From: Octopus bimaculoides
Lineage: Eukaryota
DNA length: 64,000 nucleotides
NCBI RefSeq assembly: GCF_001194135.2
Contig: NC_068988.1
Coordinates: 4,252,157-4,316,156, forward strand
Direction: 5' to 3'
The notes under the pieces are model-generated. The model made no database searches. It was not told where the DNA came from and saw only the letters and a list, made by a program, of their open reading frames with translations. The position numbers and the translations under genes were made by a program. Of this stretch, positions 12,957-24,502 are shown one piece after another. The first letter of the stretch is position 1. Each line of letters opens with the position of its first letter.

Positions 12957-14880
12957 AACAACAAACAAGATGAGGACAAATATCTGTCAAATGTAAATAA
13001 TATACATAACGTACTTTTGTTTCAATTAATGAAGAATTTAGGGAAAAAAATAACTTTGTCATTATTAAGTTGGTGTTTGGAACATTAACATGAAATTTTG
13101 TTGGAAGATTTTAATTTAGATAATTTTAAAATAAGACTTTGGTATCACAAGACCAGAGCTAACCTCAAGAGGAGTGGCATCAAAAGAATTAAGGGAAATT
13201 TGGCTATTATATCTGGTAGGTCAAGCAAAGTTTCTTTCATTGATTTGCTGTAGTTTTAATGCTGTGTTTGTTTTACTTACTGCTTTATCTCATGTGTTGT
13301 TACATAATTTTGGTCTATAAAATTATTTCACTCTCCATTACTGACAATCATTATTTTTATTCATTTTCATTTAGCCTTTCTTTTTTTTGTATAATAGAAA
13401 ATGCAAAAAGACTCTTAAAAATCTCATGAAACAAAACCTAACATTTATTAGACCCAATCAAACTCACTGAAATTAAAAATATAATTAACAATAAACCGGA
13501 AACATGCAAGCTGCTGAATAATCTTTAGACGTTTGACGTTATTGATAAATTCAGATGCAAACAATGGCGTTTTAAACATCATGACTGTCATACAGGACAT
13601 AGAGGTACCTTTTAACTGGCTGAGCATGCAAGCAGAAGACAGGCCCACTGCAACACATTACATAACATGATATAAAAAGAAACAAGTTAACAAAACGAAA
13701 AACATTATTTGATAATAACTACTACATACAACATGGCGAAAAAAGATTAATAGTAAAAAGTAATGCAAATCTCACCACTCAGATATGGTACCCTAGCAAT
13801 TATTGAACATAAAAACGCCATAATAGACTACATACTGACAAGTAATAAAACCATGTTTCAATAACCAGATAATTTAAATTTCAGAGATAATAAATGAGAA
13901 ATATAGACAGCAGCTTTGGCATGATTCTAGCAGACAATAAAATTAGCAAAAATACCATCCACTAAAAATACTCTCATCCAGAAGACAGAATAGGAAATAT
14001 CTTGAAGAGAAAACAGGGATGTTCTTAAAATGTATTTAAACAAAAGAAAATTGCATCGTACAAAGAAGAAAATATTTTTTAAATTGTTTAGAAAATAATG
14101 TTTAGGAAAACTTGTTTTGAGTTATACAAACATGAACTAAGATAGCCACCATCCATTGATCACTGTGAAAAAAGTTACCATCGATTAAATTGACCCCAAT
14201 AATTTACTGGTACATATTTTATCAATGGAAGGAAACACAAAGTTAATCTCAGCTGTACTCATAATGAGACATGACTAAAATCACAAGATATTTTGAATGT
14301 TGCTCTGTTGATTCAGTTATTCAGTGGCACCCACTCCGTGAATGGTCTTTAAATGTTAAACATAAACATTTGGGTACATATTTTAGTGAGAGAACAACAG
14401 GAAAACCTTAGACCCGCTATTGTAGTTATTTTCTTAATAGAGAAAAATCAATGGATGCAGGCCACAACTTTACATCAAGGTTGCTGAAATTTTACAAAGG
14501 TACATCAATGTAATAACATAAGAGTCTATAACCTTTCCTTAAAACAATTATCAATAAATATAATTATTTTTAAACTTATCAGACAAATTGTATTATGCAT
14601 TGATATTTATTGTTAATTTTAAATGTAAGTATATGAAATACAAACTGAATGGAAAAACAACTTGAGCCGATTGTATTGTGCAATGGTGCTCACTATTATT
14701 CTAAATATCACATGGACAGATGTTTGTAGTTATTTCATAATTAGGTATTATTATTTTCTTAATTTAGACTACTTACTAATTAAAATTAAAATTTTATTAA
14801 ATACCATCTTAAAATATAAAACTAAATAAACTGAAACGAATTTTGTCAATTAATGTGTAATTAATGCAGCTGTGTAAATA

Positions 14881-15298
14881 TATTAGTCTCAAATTTGGGC
14901 ACAAGACCAGCAATTTCAGGGGAGGGGGTAAGTTACTTACACTGACCCCAGTGCTCAACCCTGAAAGGATGAAAGGCAAAGTCGACCTTGACAGAATTTG
15001 AACTCAGAGCATAAAAAGATGGATGAAATGTTGCAAAGCATTTCACCCGGTGTGCTAATGATTCTTATTTCTTTATTTCGCACAAGGGGCTAAACATAGA
15101 GGGGACAAACAAGGACAGACAAAGGAATTAAGTCGATTACATCGACCCAGTCTGTAACTGGTACTTAATTTATTAACCCCGAAAGGATGAAAGGCAAAGT
15201 TGACCTCAGCGGAATTTGAACTCAGAACGTAACAGCAGACAAAATACTACTAGGCATTTAGCCCAGCGTGCTAACGATTCTGCCAGCTCTCCACCTTA
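14881..15298 (-). mobile_element. Tandem dimer of two family-B SINE variants with one shared TSD
   Basis: Copies at 15063-15295 and 14886-15064 with different 3' ends; CAGCTGTGTAAATA at 14867-14880 and 15299-15312. Confidence 0.8.
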
Positions 15299-15599
15299 CA
15301 GCTGTGTAAATAGAGAAAATTGTTTTTGAATATATATTTTCTTACAGTAAAAATGTATGCTAAATACTTGTCACATCCTTTAAAACATTTTACATTGGTA
15401 TTCATTGCATTCCTATTATCATCATCTTTTCAGAGTTTGGTTGAATTAAGTACCAGTTCAGAGCAAAAGAGTTATGAGGTATTCTAATCCTTCTTAGTTA
15501 TGGAAGCAGAACCTAGAATTATTTATAGGTCTAGCAGTAAATTTATCAATGACAAATGTGTTAACAAGAAAGAATACAAAAGTCTCCTTCCGTATGTGA

Positions 15600-16350
15600 A
15601 ATTACTATTCTCGGTATGCAGAAATGGTGTAGCTAAACATTTCTATTAATTGAACTCTGTGTAAAACCATGGACACAAGGAATGTGCAGACATCACACAC
15701 AGGTAACGGAGAATGGATTTCATGCATAGCAAAAGTATAGGAGTACTTAGTAGTAGGAGCACTCATGGAATATATACCTTCAGGTGTGAAGAAGGGTCTA
15801 TTGATAGCTTCTGGTACCCAGGAAACATATTTATTATTAGAAGTGGAGGTTCCAAAAGTGTGGTTAAAATAAGAACAAGATCGTAGCATTGAGGAGTTAT
15901 TTCCACAGCTGATAACAAATGGATTGTTTCTTCAAGTAAAGGGCAGACTGTATGAAGTAAGGTAATGCATAATAGTAAAATATAGGATTTGATTAAGGAT
16001 GTATACTGGTTTGAATGAAATGAGGCAAGGAGACCCTGCTGGATGTGTAAAGTTATTGTGACTGAAGAACTTGACAAAAGCGAGTGGAGAGAAAAACTTT
16101 TAGAGGAATCAAATGAAATGTTCAAAAGAGACTTGATTGCACTGGTAGAAACGACTGATGTATATAATGGATAACATTTGAAAAAAGAAATGCCAAGTGG
16201 GAGGAAGAAACTTGCAAAGGACAAAGAATGAAGGAAGGCAGCAAAATTGGAGGCAGCTGGTTTCAGTAGACTGAATGCTCACATTCATGCACGTATAAAT
16301 CAGAAAGTGGTTAGAGTTGGGACATTTACAGCTGTGGTTGGCTTTTGTTT
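15600..16350 (+). pseudogene. Decayed RTE LINE reverse transcriptase C-terminal region
   Basis: Broken frames give IDSFWYPG, PQLITNGLFLQVKGRLYE, EARRPCWMCKV and REKL, collinear with KGRLYDACVRTAMLHGSE...EASMLRWMCNV...LREKL of the 51687 copy. Confidence 0.7.
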
Positions 16351-16498
16351 GAACAAAAATATATTCTGCTAGCATTTGTAATTAAATTTTTCATCCTTAA
16401 TTAATTGAAACTGGAATATCATTTTAAGCATATTGAAAGTGAAATAACTAATGTTTATAAATATATATATATTTGTGAAAGCATGCTGGGCTCATAAA

Positions 16499-16802
16499 TG
16501 AGGGTGCATGGATTAGTGGTTAGGGTCACAATTGCTAGATTGTGATTTCAATTCTTAGGCTGGGTGGTGTGTTGTGTTCTTGAGTAAAACACTTCATGTC
16601 ACTGTGATCACTGGGATCATGCTCTGTGATCACTTTCACACCTGACACGTGGTTCACGATGAACCTGTTCAGACAACATCGATTTGGTAGGGATGGTGAG
16701 CTAATGTGCAACACGAACATTTGATCACTATAAACAAATCATTTGTGCAGGTCATTCAGCAAAAGCTGAATGCTCATACATCATCTTTGATGGCAGACTC
16801 CA

Positions 16803-16805
<3 letters not shown>
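16499..16805 (+). mobile_element. Older tRNA-derived SINE (separate family)
   Basis: tggattagtggttagg A-box-like start, gatttcaattc B-box-like, ttgtgttcttgagtaaaacac core, (TA)n tail; related to 51780-52100. Confidence 0.55.
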
Positions 16806-16850
<45 letters not shown>

Positions 16851-17459
16851 TTTAGTATAAATAAATATATCAATAAATATTTTTGTAGATTCTTAATGTC
16901 CTGATATTCAAAAATTTTTTAAACTATTTTAAAAATGCTTAGTAAAAGTTGAAGTGCCGTTCAAGGCAATCCATGTTTAAACAGTGTTTCAGCACTCTCA
17001 GCAAATGTCCAAAAGATTATTTGTCTATTCTTCCAAAACAAAATTAAATATTTTATTTAGAACTAAATAAACTTGTGTCCTGTGAATGGCATCAAACATT
17101 ATTCATGATCCAAGACAAACTCCTAGAAAGTCTGACTAGGTACCGTGGACAGGTATCATTCATTGTTCAAAAAAGAACAAGAGAAGTTATCACCACTGGA
17201 ATTGATGAAGGATTCACAAGAATGAAATACAAATTTTAAATCCTTTTTAATGGTATCAACAGAACATTGCTCGCAATAGTTTCAAGCTAATACTGAATTC
17301 TTGTTTCATATTATTAAATAGATTGAAAGAAAACTGAAAACTAATGGTGCCACTCATGATCAACATTTCCAGGTGTAGTGGCTCTTATCATCAAACATTA
17401 ATAGTCAACATAATAGTTAAATGTATTATTAACATAATAGACAATGACATATTTGTGGT

Positions 17460-17600
17460 GGAAATAAAGTCCAGTTTTATAAACTGGTATCCTAATAGTG
17501 TACTATAAGCTGAGCCATTTTATTGTCCCCCACTATCAGTCATGGTTTGGGGACATATAGGTTCCATCAGGCTGTGAAGATGCCAGAGAATAGGAGATTT
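17460..17600 (+). pseudogene. Possible Tc1 transposase relic
   Basis: SVMVWGHIG resembles the Tc1 GSVMVWGC motif; otherwise heavily decayed. Confidence 0.3.
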
Positions 17601-19740
17601 ATTAACCAAAAGGTTAATAAACAATTGTCAATGGTCAAGTCAATCAGGTAAGAGACAATCAATTGAGAGGTCAGTGGTTCATATCATGTTAGTGGTAGTC
17701 TGTACAGTAACCGTTTTTATGACATGTTAAAACTCATTCCACCCTGCTGAAAGTATCAGAAAGTCTGAGAAGACGAAATCTATTCTCTGCTGTGACTAAG
17801 AGAAACAGTAACACTACTAAGTGTTTCAATGAATTTCAATACTGACTTCAATTCCATCTTTGGATATGGCCTGAGATATATATTTGTTCGCATTTAACAT
17901 AGTAGTAGCTATGGTTACCAACCCATCGATAACAATGCAAAAAGATTTTGGAATTATAAAAGGAGGCAAAAAATAAAAATTTAAAAAACAGTAGAAATAG
18001 AATAAGTCTCTCTTGGTGGAAACTATAAACAACCTTCTTTAAAAAAATATTTTACAATCACTAGTCTCTGATGGTCAACAATCAATTAATACATGGTGAA
18101 CATTTATTTTGTTTTTTATCTTTGTTTTTCTTTTTTTTTTTAATATTTTCAGCCAGAGAGAAAGAATTTGTATAATTGTTACGTATCTTAACCTTTGTTT
18201 TGTTTCATTTTGTTTTGAAGGAATGGTTTCTTTTCAATGTATTCTTTGGAAAATGGATATCACTTTGTGTCTTACAATGATTGTAGTAATTATTTCTTGC
18301 TTGATGTTGACTGTTCTGGCTGTTTGCTTTTTTTGTTTATTTGTTTTGGTTATGCTTTCTGACTCACCCAGCTAATTGTAGGCTCTCGTTTCTCATATTC
18401 ATGCTGCAATGACACTGATTGAACAATTTCACAGTTTTTGTTTGGTTTACAACTATGATAATATTGATTAATACTTGATCTTCATTGCTGATGCTTGCAC
18501 ATACACATACAGGTACATACATGAATACATACACGCACAAATACACATAACATACACACATAAATATGTAAATAAGCTCATATACAAACACAAGTGCATA
18601 GATATATATGCATATTGACACACACACACACATATGTACACACACACAGACACACACACACATATATGTATGGTGAATTTCAATTTGCATCAAAGGAAGA
18701 CAATCATTGATTATTAAAAGAATTGCACTTTTGATAGTGGCTCTTTAAGTCTGCTAGGATCCTACATGTCTTCAGGCAGGCCTCACAAAGCTGTGTGCAT
18801 GCCCTTCAGCGCTATCACTTTTTAGACACCAATCAGTTTGCAAAACTTGCCACATCAACAACTTTTTATCCAATTTTTTATGATGAACACATTGTCGTCA
18901 ATATTTTGTTTGACCTGAAGATTTCATTTTCTACACGTGAACCAACCCTTGAAACAACACCAAGAGCCATAAATATCACAGACAAAATTTTATTTTTCGG
19001 ATACAGTTTGCAAATTGATATGTTTGTTTTCAAACACATTATTTATATTCTTCATGGGAAATACAACTTTTTCAAATACATGAGCACCATTTTTAACCAG
19101 TTTTCTCCATTGGTGACAGTGTGGGAAATTATGTCTTTGCCTGTTGAATGTTTTGCAAATCTTCTCAAGAATAAAAATATAAAACAATCATCCATTCATT
19201 AACATTAAAACTGTATTAATGATAAAATATGAAAACATTAAAATACTATGCATTTTTTCTTGTGAATAGACAAAAATGTTTTTTTAGTTTATGTATGGTG
19301 GTTAAATAGATGAATATGTGATGCATTGCTAATGGTATATTTTGTTGTTGTTTCTTTGTCTGTTGCTGATTTTGTTTTTGTTGCTTTTTTTGTTTTGGAA
19401 ACCAATCAAATCTTAAAGATACTATGATGTGTTTATTAATATTTTTGCTTATATATTGTCATGCTACTCCTTCAATTGTTTATTAATTTGGAACTTGAAA
19501 CTCAAAACAATGATTCAAGAAAATTTCAGCTTCTAAAATAGTGTAAAGATCAGGAACATCAGGTATTGAGTTCATGATTTTTCATCTGTAAACACAAACA
19601 TTCAATAATACATATTTTTATATATATACATGGATATGGCACCTTGGCAAGTGTCTTCTACTACAGCCTTGAGCCAACCAAAGCTTTGTGAGTGGATTTA
19701 GTAAACAGAGACTGAAAGAAGCGTATCATACACACACATT

Positions 19741-20144
19741 CTTTTCTTTTATTTGTTTCAGTCATTTGACTGCAGCCATGCTGGAGCACCACCTTTAATC
19801 GAACAAATCGACCCCAGGACTTATTCGTTGTAAGCCTAGTACTTGTTCTATCGGTTTCATTTGCCAAACTGCTAAGTTACGAGGCATAAACACACCAACA
19901 TCAATTGTCAAACGATGGTGGGGGGACAAACACCAACACACAAACATATATATTTATATTTATATATATATATATATACACGATGGGCTTCTTTCAGTTT
20001 CCATCTACCAAATCCACTCACAAGGCTTTGGTCTGCCCAAGGCTATAGTAGAAGACACTTACCCAAAGTGCCACGCAGTTGGACTGAACCCGGAACTATG
20101 TGGTTGGTAAGCAAGCTACTTACCAGACAGCCACTCCTGTGCCT
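19741..20144 (-). mobile_element. SINE family A, full length
   Basis: Head 19981-20144 plus (TA)n plus tail 19741-19960; a + strand head fragment abuts it at 19636-19725. Confidence 0.85.
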
Positions 20145-20732
20145 ATATATATCTTTACAACAGAAATGTTTAACAACTGAGCAACCTTGAAATCTTGCAA
20201 GAAATCTTAAATATTATTACTTTATTGCTGAAAGAAAAGAGAAAAATGATACTGCTCACTTGACCCTAAATAGAAATGTTCTTTGGAAATATTAGAGAAA
20301 CCAATAAAAGAAAATAGAAACTGTTGTATCTAATATCAAATATCTCTTTATTTTATCATAAAATTGTTGCATATATTTCTCCCCTTTTCACAGTTTTGCA
20401 ACAAAAATTTTAAAAAGCTAAGACAAAAATCTTATCTTGTTCAGTTGGTCTGCATTAAAAGTCTTCAATATTTTGCAGTTAAGTAGAAATAAGGGAGCAG
20501 GCATTATTGATTGAACAGCCAACGTTTAGAAACAAGAGAGAAGGCAAAATTCTAACCTCGCAGTTCTATAATGTAAACATTGTAACAAGAATATAAAAAA
20601 ATATGAAAAAAAAACATTATTGATTATAGAGCTTTTGTTATAAAGGAATTGATCTACTTGCATTAATATGCATATGCATACCTCTATCTTTTGATATATA
20701 TGTTTGTGTGTATATGTGTGTACATGTGTGTA

Positions 20733-20734
<2 letters not shown>

Positions 20735-20825
<91 letters not shown>
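20735..20825. repeat. (TG)n microsatellite, ~45 units
   Basis: Direct read; one of dozens of (TA)n/(CA)n/(GA)n/(TATG)n tracts in the window. Confidence 0.98.
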
Positions 20826-20826
<1 letters not shown>

Positions 20827-21137
20827 GATACAGTCGTGGTTGTGTGGCTAAGAATTTGACAACCTTTTGGTCTCAGGATTTGTCTGACTGCACAGCATGT
20901 TGGGTAAGTGCTTCTACTATGGCTCTGGGTCATCCACTGTCTTGTGATACAATTTAGTCGATGGAAATTAGAGGGTACACACACATTCATATATACACAC
21001 ATATATATATATGTTTCTTTTATGAAATTTTCCATATCTATATGAAGTAGGACAATATTTTTTTTTAGATAGTTTTCATTTCTGCATATTAGATCCTTGT
21101 AGTTTGTTTGGAACAATAAAGTTCTCAAATCCATCTT

Positions 21138-21180
21138 TATCTAACGTTTCCTGTCTATCTCAGCCTCATCTTCAGGATAT
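21138..21180 (-). ncRNA. Degenerate hammerhead-like motif
   Basis: Minus strand AUAUC-CUGAAGA-...-GAAACGUU-A-GAUA; stem II does not close canonically. Confidence 0.25.
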
Positions 21181-22177
21181 GGAATGGTGTTGATTTGTGT
21201 AGTGTCTCTTTACACAAGAAGCAGATTTTATTTATTCAGATTTTACAGCCAGAATTTCATTGTTATAATGTGTGAGAGTTCTTGTCAGCAGATTGGCATT
21301 TTAGCCAAACCAGATGACATGGAATTCTAATGAAAAGTAGGAAAGATTCTACAGCTGTTTCAAGAATAATTATATTCTCATAAACAATCACTTGTCTTTT
21401 TTGAACTGTCATTGTGAAATTTTATTGAAAACCACTGTTATCATAACTAAATCAGGTAGACTGATTTCATTAGTTGGAACATTTGTGGAGGTTAATTCTG
21501 TCACCTAAATTCCTGATGTTCCTTTAGTGTCAATTCTTCATGTTATACTTTACTATGTAATATAACCATATGGGGATACATAGTCACTATTAATAAACTA
21601 ATGCGTGTGTGTGCATGCATGTGTATGCATGTTTGTGAGTGTTTCAGTGTGTTTGCATGCATGTGTATGTGTTCTCTTATGCTTTTACTTGTTTCAATCA
21701 TTGGACTGCAGCCATACAGGAACACCATATTGAAGGGTTTAATTAGATAAATCAACCCCAGTACTTTATTTTAAGTGTGGTACCTATTCTATCAGGTCTT
21801 TGTGAGGATGTAAACAAACCAACACTCATTGCCATGTAGCAGAGGGACAAACAATTGCACAAAAATGCTTACACACCAGGAAGCTCTTTAAGATGTGCCA
21901 TTTGCTCAAAGTGAATAGAACCTACCTTTAAAACTGCTGAGAGCAAAAGACATGTTTATTTCAAATTATCTCATCAACAAACTATATTCTTTCTTCTTAG
22001 ATAAGACATAGCATTAATCAGTGTGTAAAGAAATTGTGATGCAGTGGTGTTCGTTATAACTGTCAATAATATGGCTCCTTTCCCCAGTTAGTTTTCGAGA
22101 CAAGTTGCACTCCTGTTGATAGGCTGTCATTCAACCTACTTCAATAGCAGCTATATCTTCCTCAAAATTAAACTATA

Positions 22178-22715
22178 GGCACAAGAGCGGTTTCCCAACT
22201 ACATGGTTCCAGGTTCAGTCTCACAGCGTGGCATCTTGAGCAAGTGTCTTTTACTATGGCTCCGGGCTGATCAAAGCCTTGTAAGTGGATTTGATAGATG
22301 GAAACTGAAAGAAGCCAGTCTGTAAAAAGCATCCACTACACACTTGGAGTAGTTGGCGTTAGGAAGGGCATCCAGCTGTAGAAACCTTGCCAGATCAGAT
22401 TGGAGCCTGGTGCAGCTTTCTGGCTTGCCAGTTCTCAGTCAAACAGTTCAACCCATGCCAGCATGGAAAGCGGACATTAAACAATGATGATGATGATGAT
22501 GTATTTGTGTGTTTCTGTTTATCGCCCCACCATTACTTGACAACTGATGTTGGTGTGTTTATGTCCCCATAACTTAGCAGCTTAGCAAAATAGACCAATA
22601 GAATAAGCACTAGGCTATAAAAAAAATAAGTCTTGGGGTCGAATTGATCAACTAAAGGCGGTGCTCCAGCATGACCACTGTCAAATGACTGAAACAAGTA
22701 AAAGAAATAAAAGAA
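22178..22715 (+). mobile_element. SINE family A interrupted by an RTE 3' tail (about 22325-22500)
   Basis: Head 22178-22320, RTE tail ending (GAT)n, SINE tail 22501-22715. Confidence 0.8.
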
Positions 22716-24455
22716 ATCTTAAAAATCGATATATTATATATTGTGGTGTGTGCTCCACTAGAAGGGAAAACCAGTGGGATGGTCATAGGAGGATTAAATG
22801 TCTGTTTGATGAGAGAAGACTAGGCTCTTAACACCAATGTTATTCATTCAAGGTTAGACAGGGATTTACCTATCATAACGAAATAGGATTACTACAGAAT
22901 GTCACCCATATAAGTTTATTCCAGCTTTCTGGTAAGGAACTATATGTAATTCTGTGGATTAGCTGTTTATTGATGTCTTGTGAAAATAAAATAAACTGCT
23001 CGAGGCTGTATTTTTCCCTTTTTCCTCTTTTACATGTAACTCTTTGTATATTCAAGTATACACACCACACATACACACACACCTAAAGACATGCACACAC
23101 ACATAAAGACATGCATACACGTATACACACATCCATATGCATACACATACAAACACTTTCACACTTGTTGGCTGAAAAGAATGTCATATCTCACATGCAA
23201 TATCTTTTCATATTTTAACATATAAAGGAACCATCTCTTTTTTTTTTTAACAATATGAGACACAGATGTAGATAAAGGAAGGCCCGCAGTGAATTAAGAG
23301 ACAAAATCAACATGAATGGGTAACAACCAAAGTACAAAATCTCAGTAGTTTGTGACATAACAACATTCACATTTGGAATGGCATTTATGAAATATAAAAA
23401 AAACTGTCTCCATGATTGACAAGCTTTTCTTCAACAACAATAATCACTTGGTACATGTCATCATGCTGTGCCCTCTATTTATTTGCTTTTACCTTCCCAA
23501 AGTTAGGTTTCTTTAGATATTTTATATAAATGATGTTGATAGTTACGATGAGGATAACGACAGTGATGATGATGATGATGATGACGGTGATGGTGACAAT
23601 CATGATCATGATAACGATAATGGGGACGACAATGGTGGTGGTGGTGATGATGATGAGGAGGAGGAGGAGGTGGAGGGTGTTACATTTTGTGAACAAAAGC
23701 AGCATAAGCTGTAGTTTTTCAATGGACCAATCATTGGTTCTACAGAATTTCTGAGAGTGAGAGTTATGAGAGAGGGTCTGTGCAACTCAGGTGGAATAAA
23801 TACCACAAGGTATTTTTGCTCAATGCATTAATTTATCTGCAATTTTCTCACTGGTACGTGTAGGTTTCGTCACTACAACCTCACCATACTCTTACACTTA
23901 TAAACATTCATGCGTCTGTGTGCATGAATATACATACACACATGACGGGCTAACACACAGCTTCTGTCAACCAAATCATATTCCTCACATTGTGCCGATG
24001 AACATGAAGCTATAACAGAAACCACAAAAGCACTTGTCCAAGGTGCCATGCAGTATGATTAAACTAGGAAACACATGGTTGCAAAGCAAACTTTTAAAAT
24101 ACAAAGAGACATGTCTATACACAAAATTGCCAATAGAATACAAACTCTCTTCAGCCATATCTTCTCGTTACCAGCAGAGTTTCTGTAAAGTCAAATCTCC
24201 AAATACCTTGCTCTCCTGCATTAGCACAAATGTCTTTTACTTGTCAAAACTTAAAAGTTAAATCTTATAAGTAAGATTGTTGCCTCTGGTATCTGCTCAG
24301 CCTAGATCGGTGTTTGGGATATAAAAAAAAGCCTTCTAGCTGTCACCTGCCGATGGATTCCATTCCCATTTCGTCCCTTGGAACAGACGTTTCCTACCAG
24401 AACTCATCATTGTTGTGTATGTAAACTGACTGAGCTTTCTCTCTCNNNNNNNNNN

Positions 24456-24502
<47 letters not shown>

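Larger units (their letters stand above)
12534..13011. mobile_element. Palindromic head-to-head tRNA-derived element with a hammerhead in each arm (putative non-autonomous PLE-dependent retroelement)
   Basis: Arms are reverse complements about centre 12803/12804; flanked by 13-bp direct repeat TACTTTTGTTTCA (12521-12533, 13012-13024) that interrupts an older repeat. Confidence 0.9.

Noticed and set aside
13430-13647. Minus-strand terminal-exon-like segment (acceptor plus AATAAA)
   Set aside because: No partner exons noticed on the minus strand and no recognisable product
17540-17647. 108-nt exon-like segment with AG/GT ends
   Set aside because: Better explained as a Tc1 relic (SVMVWG)
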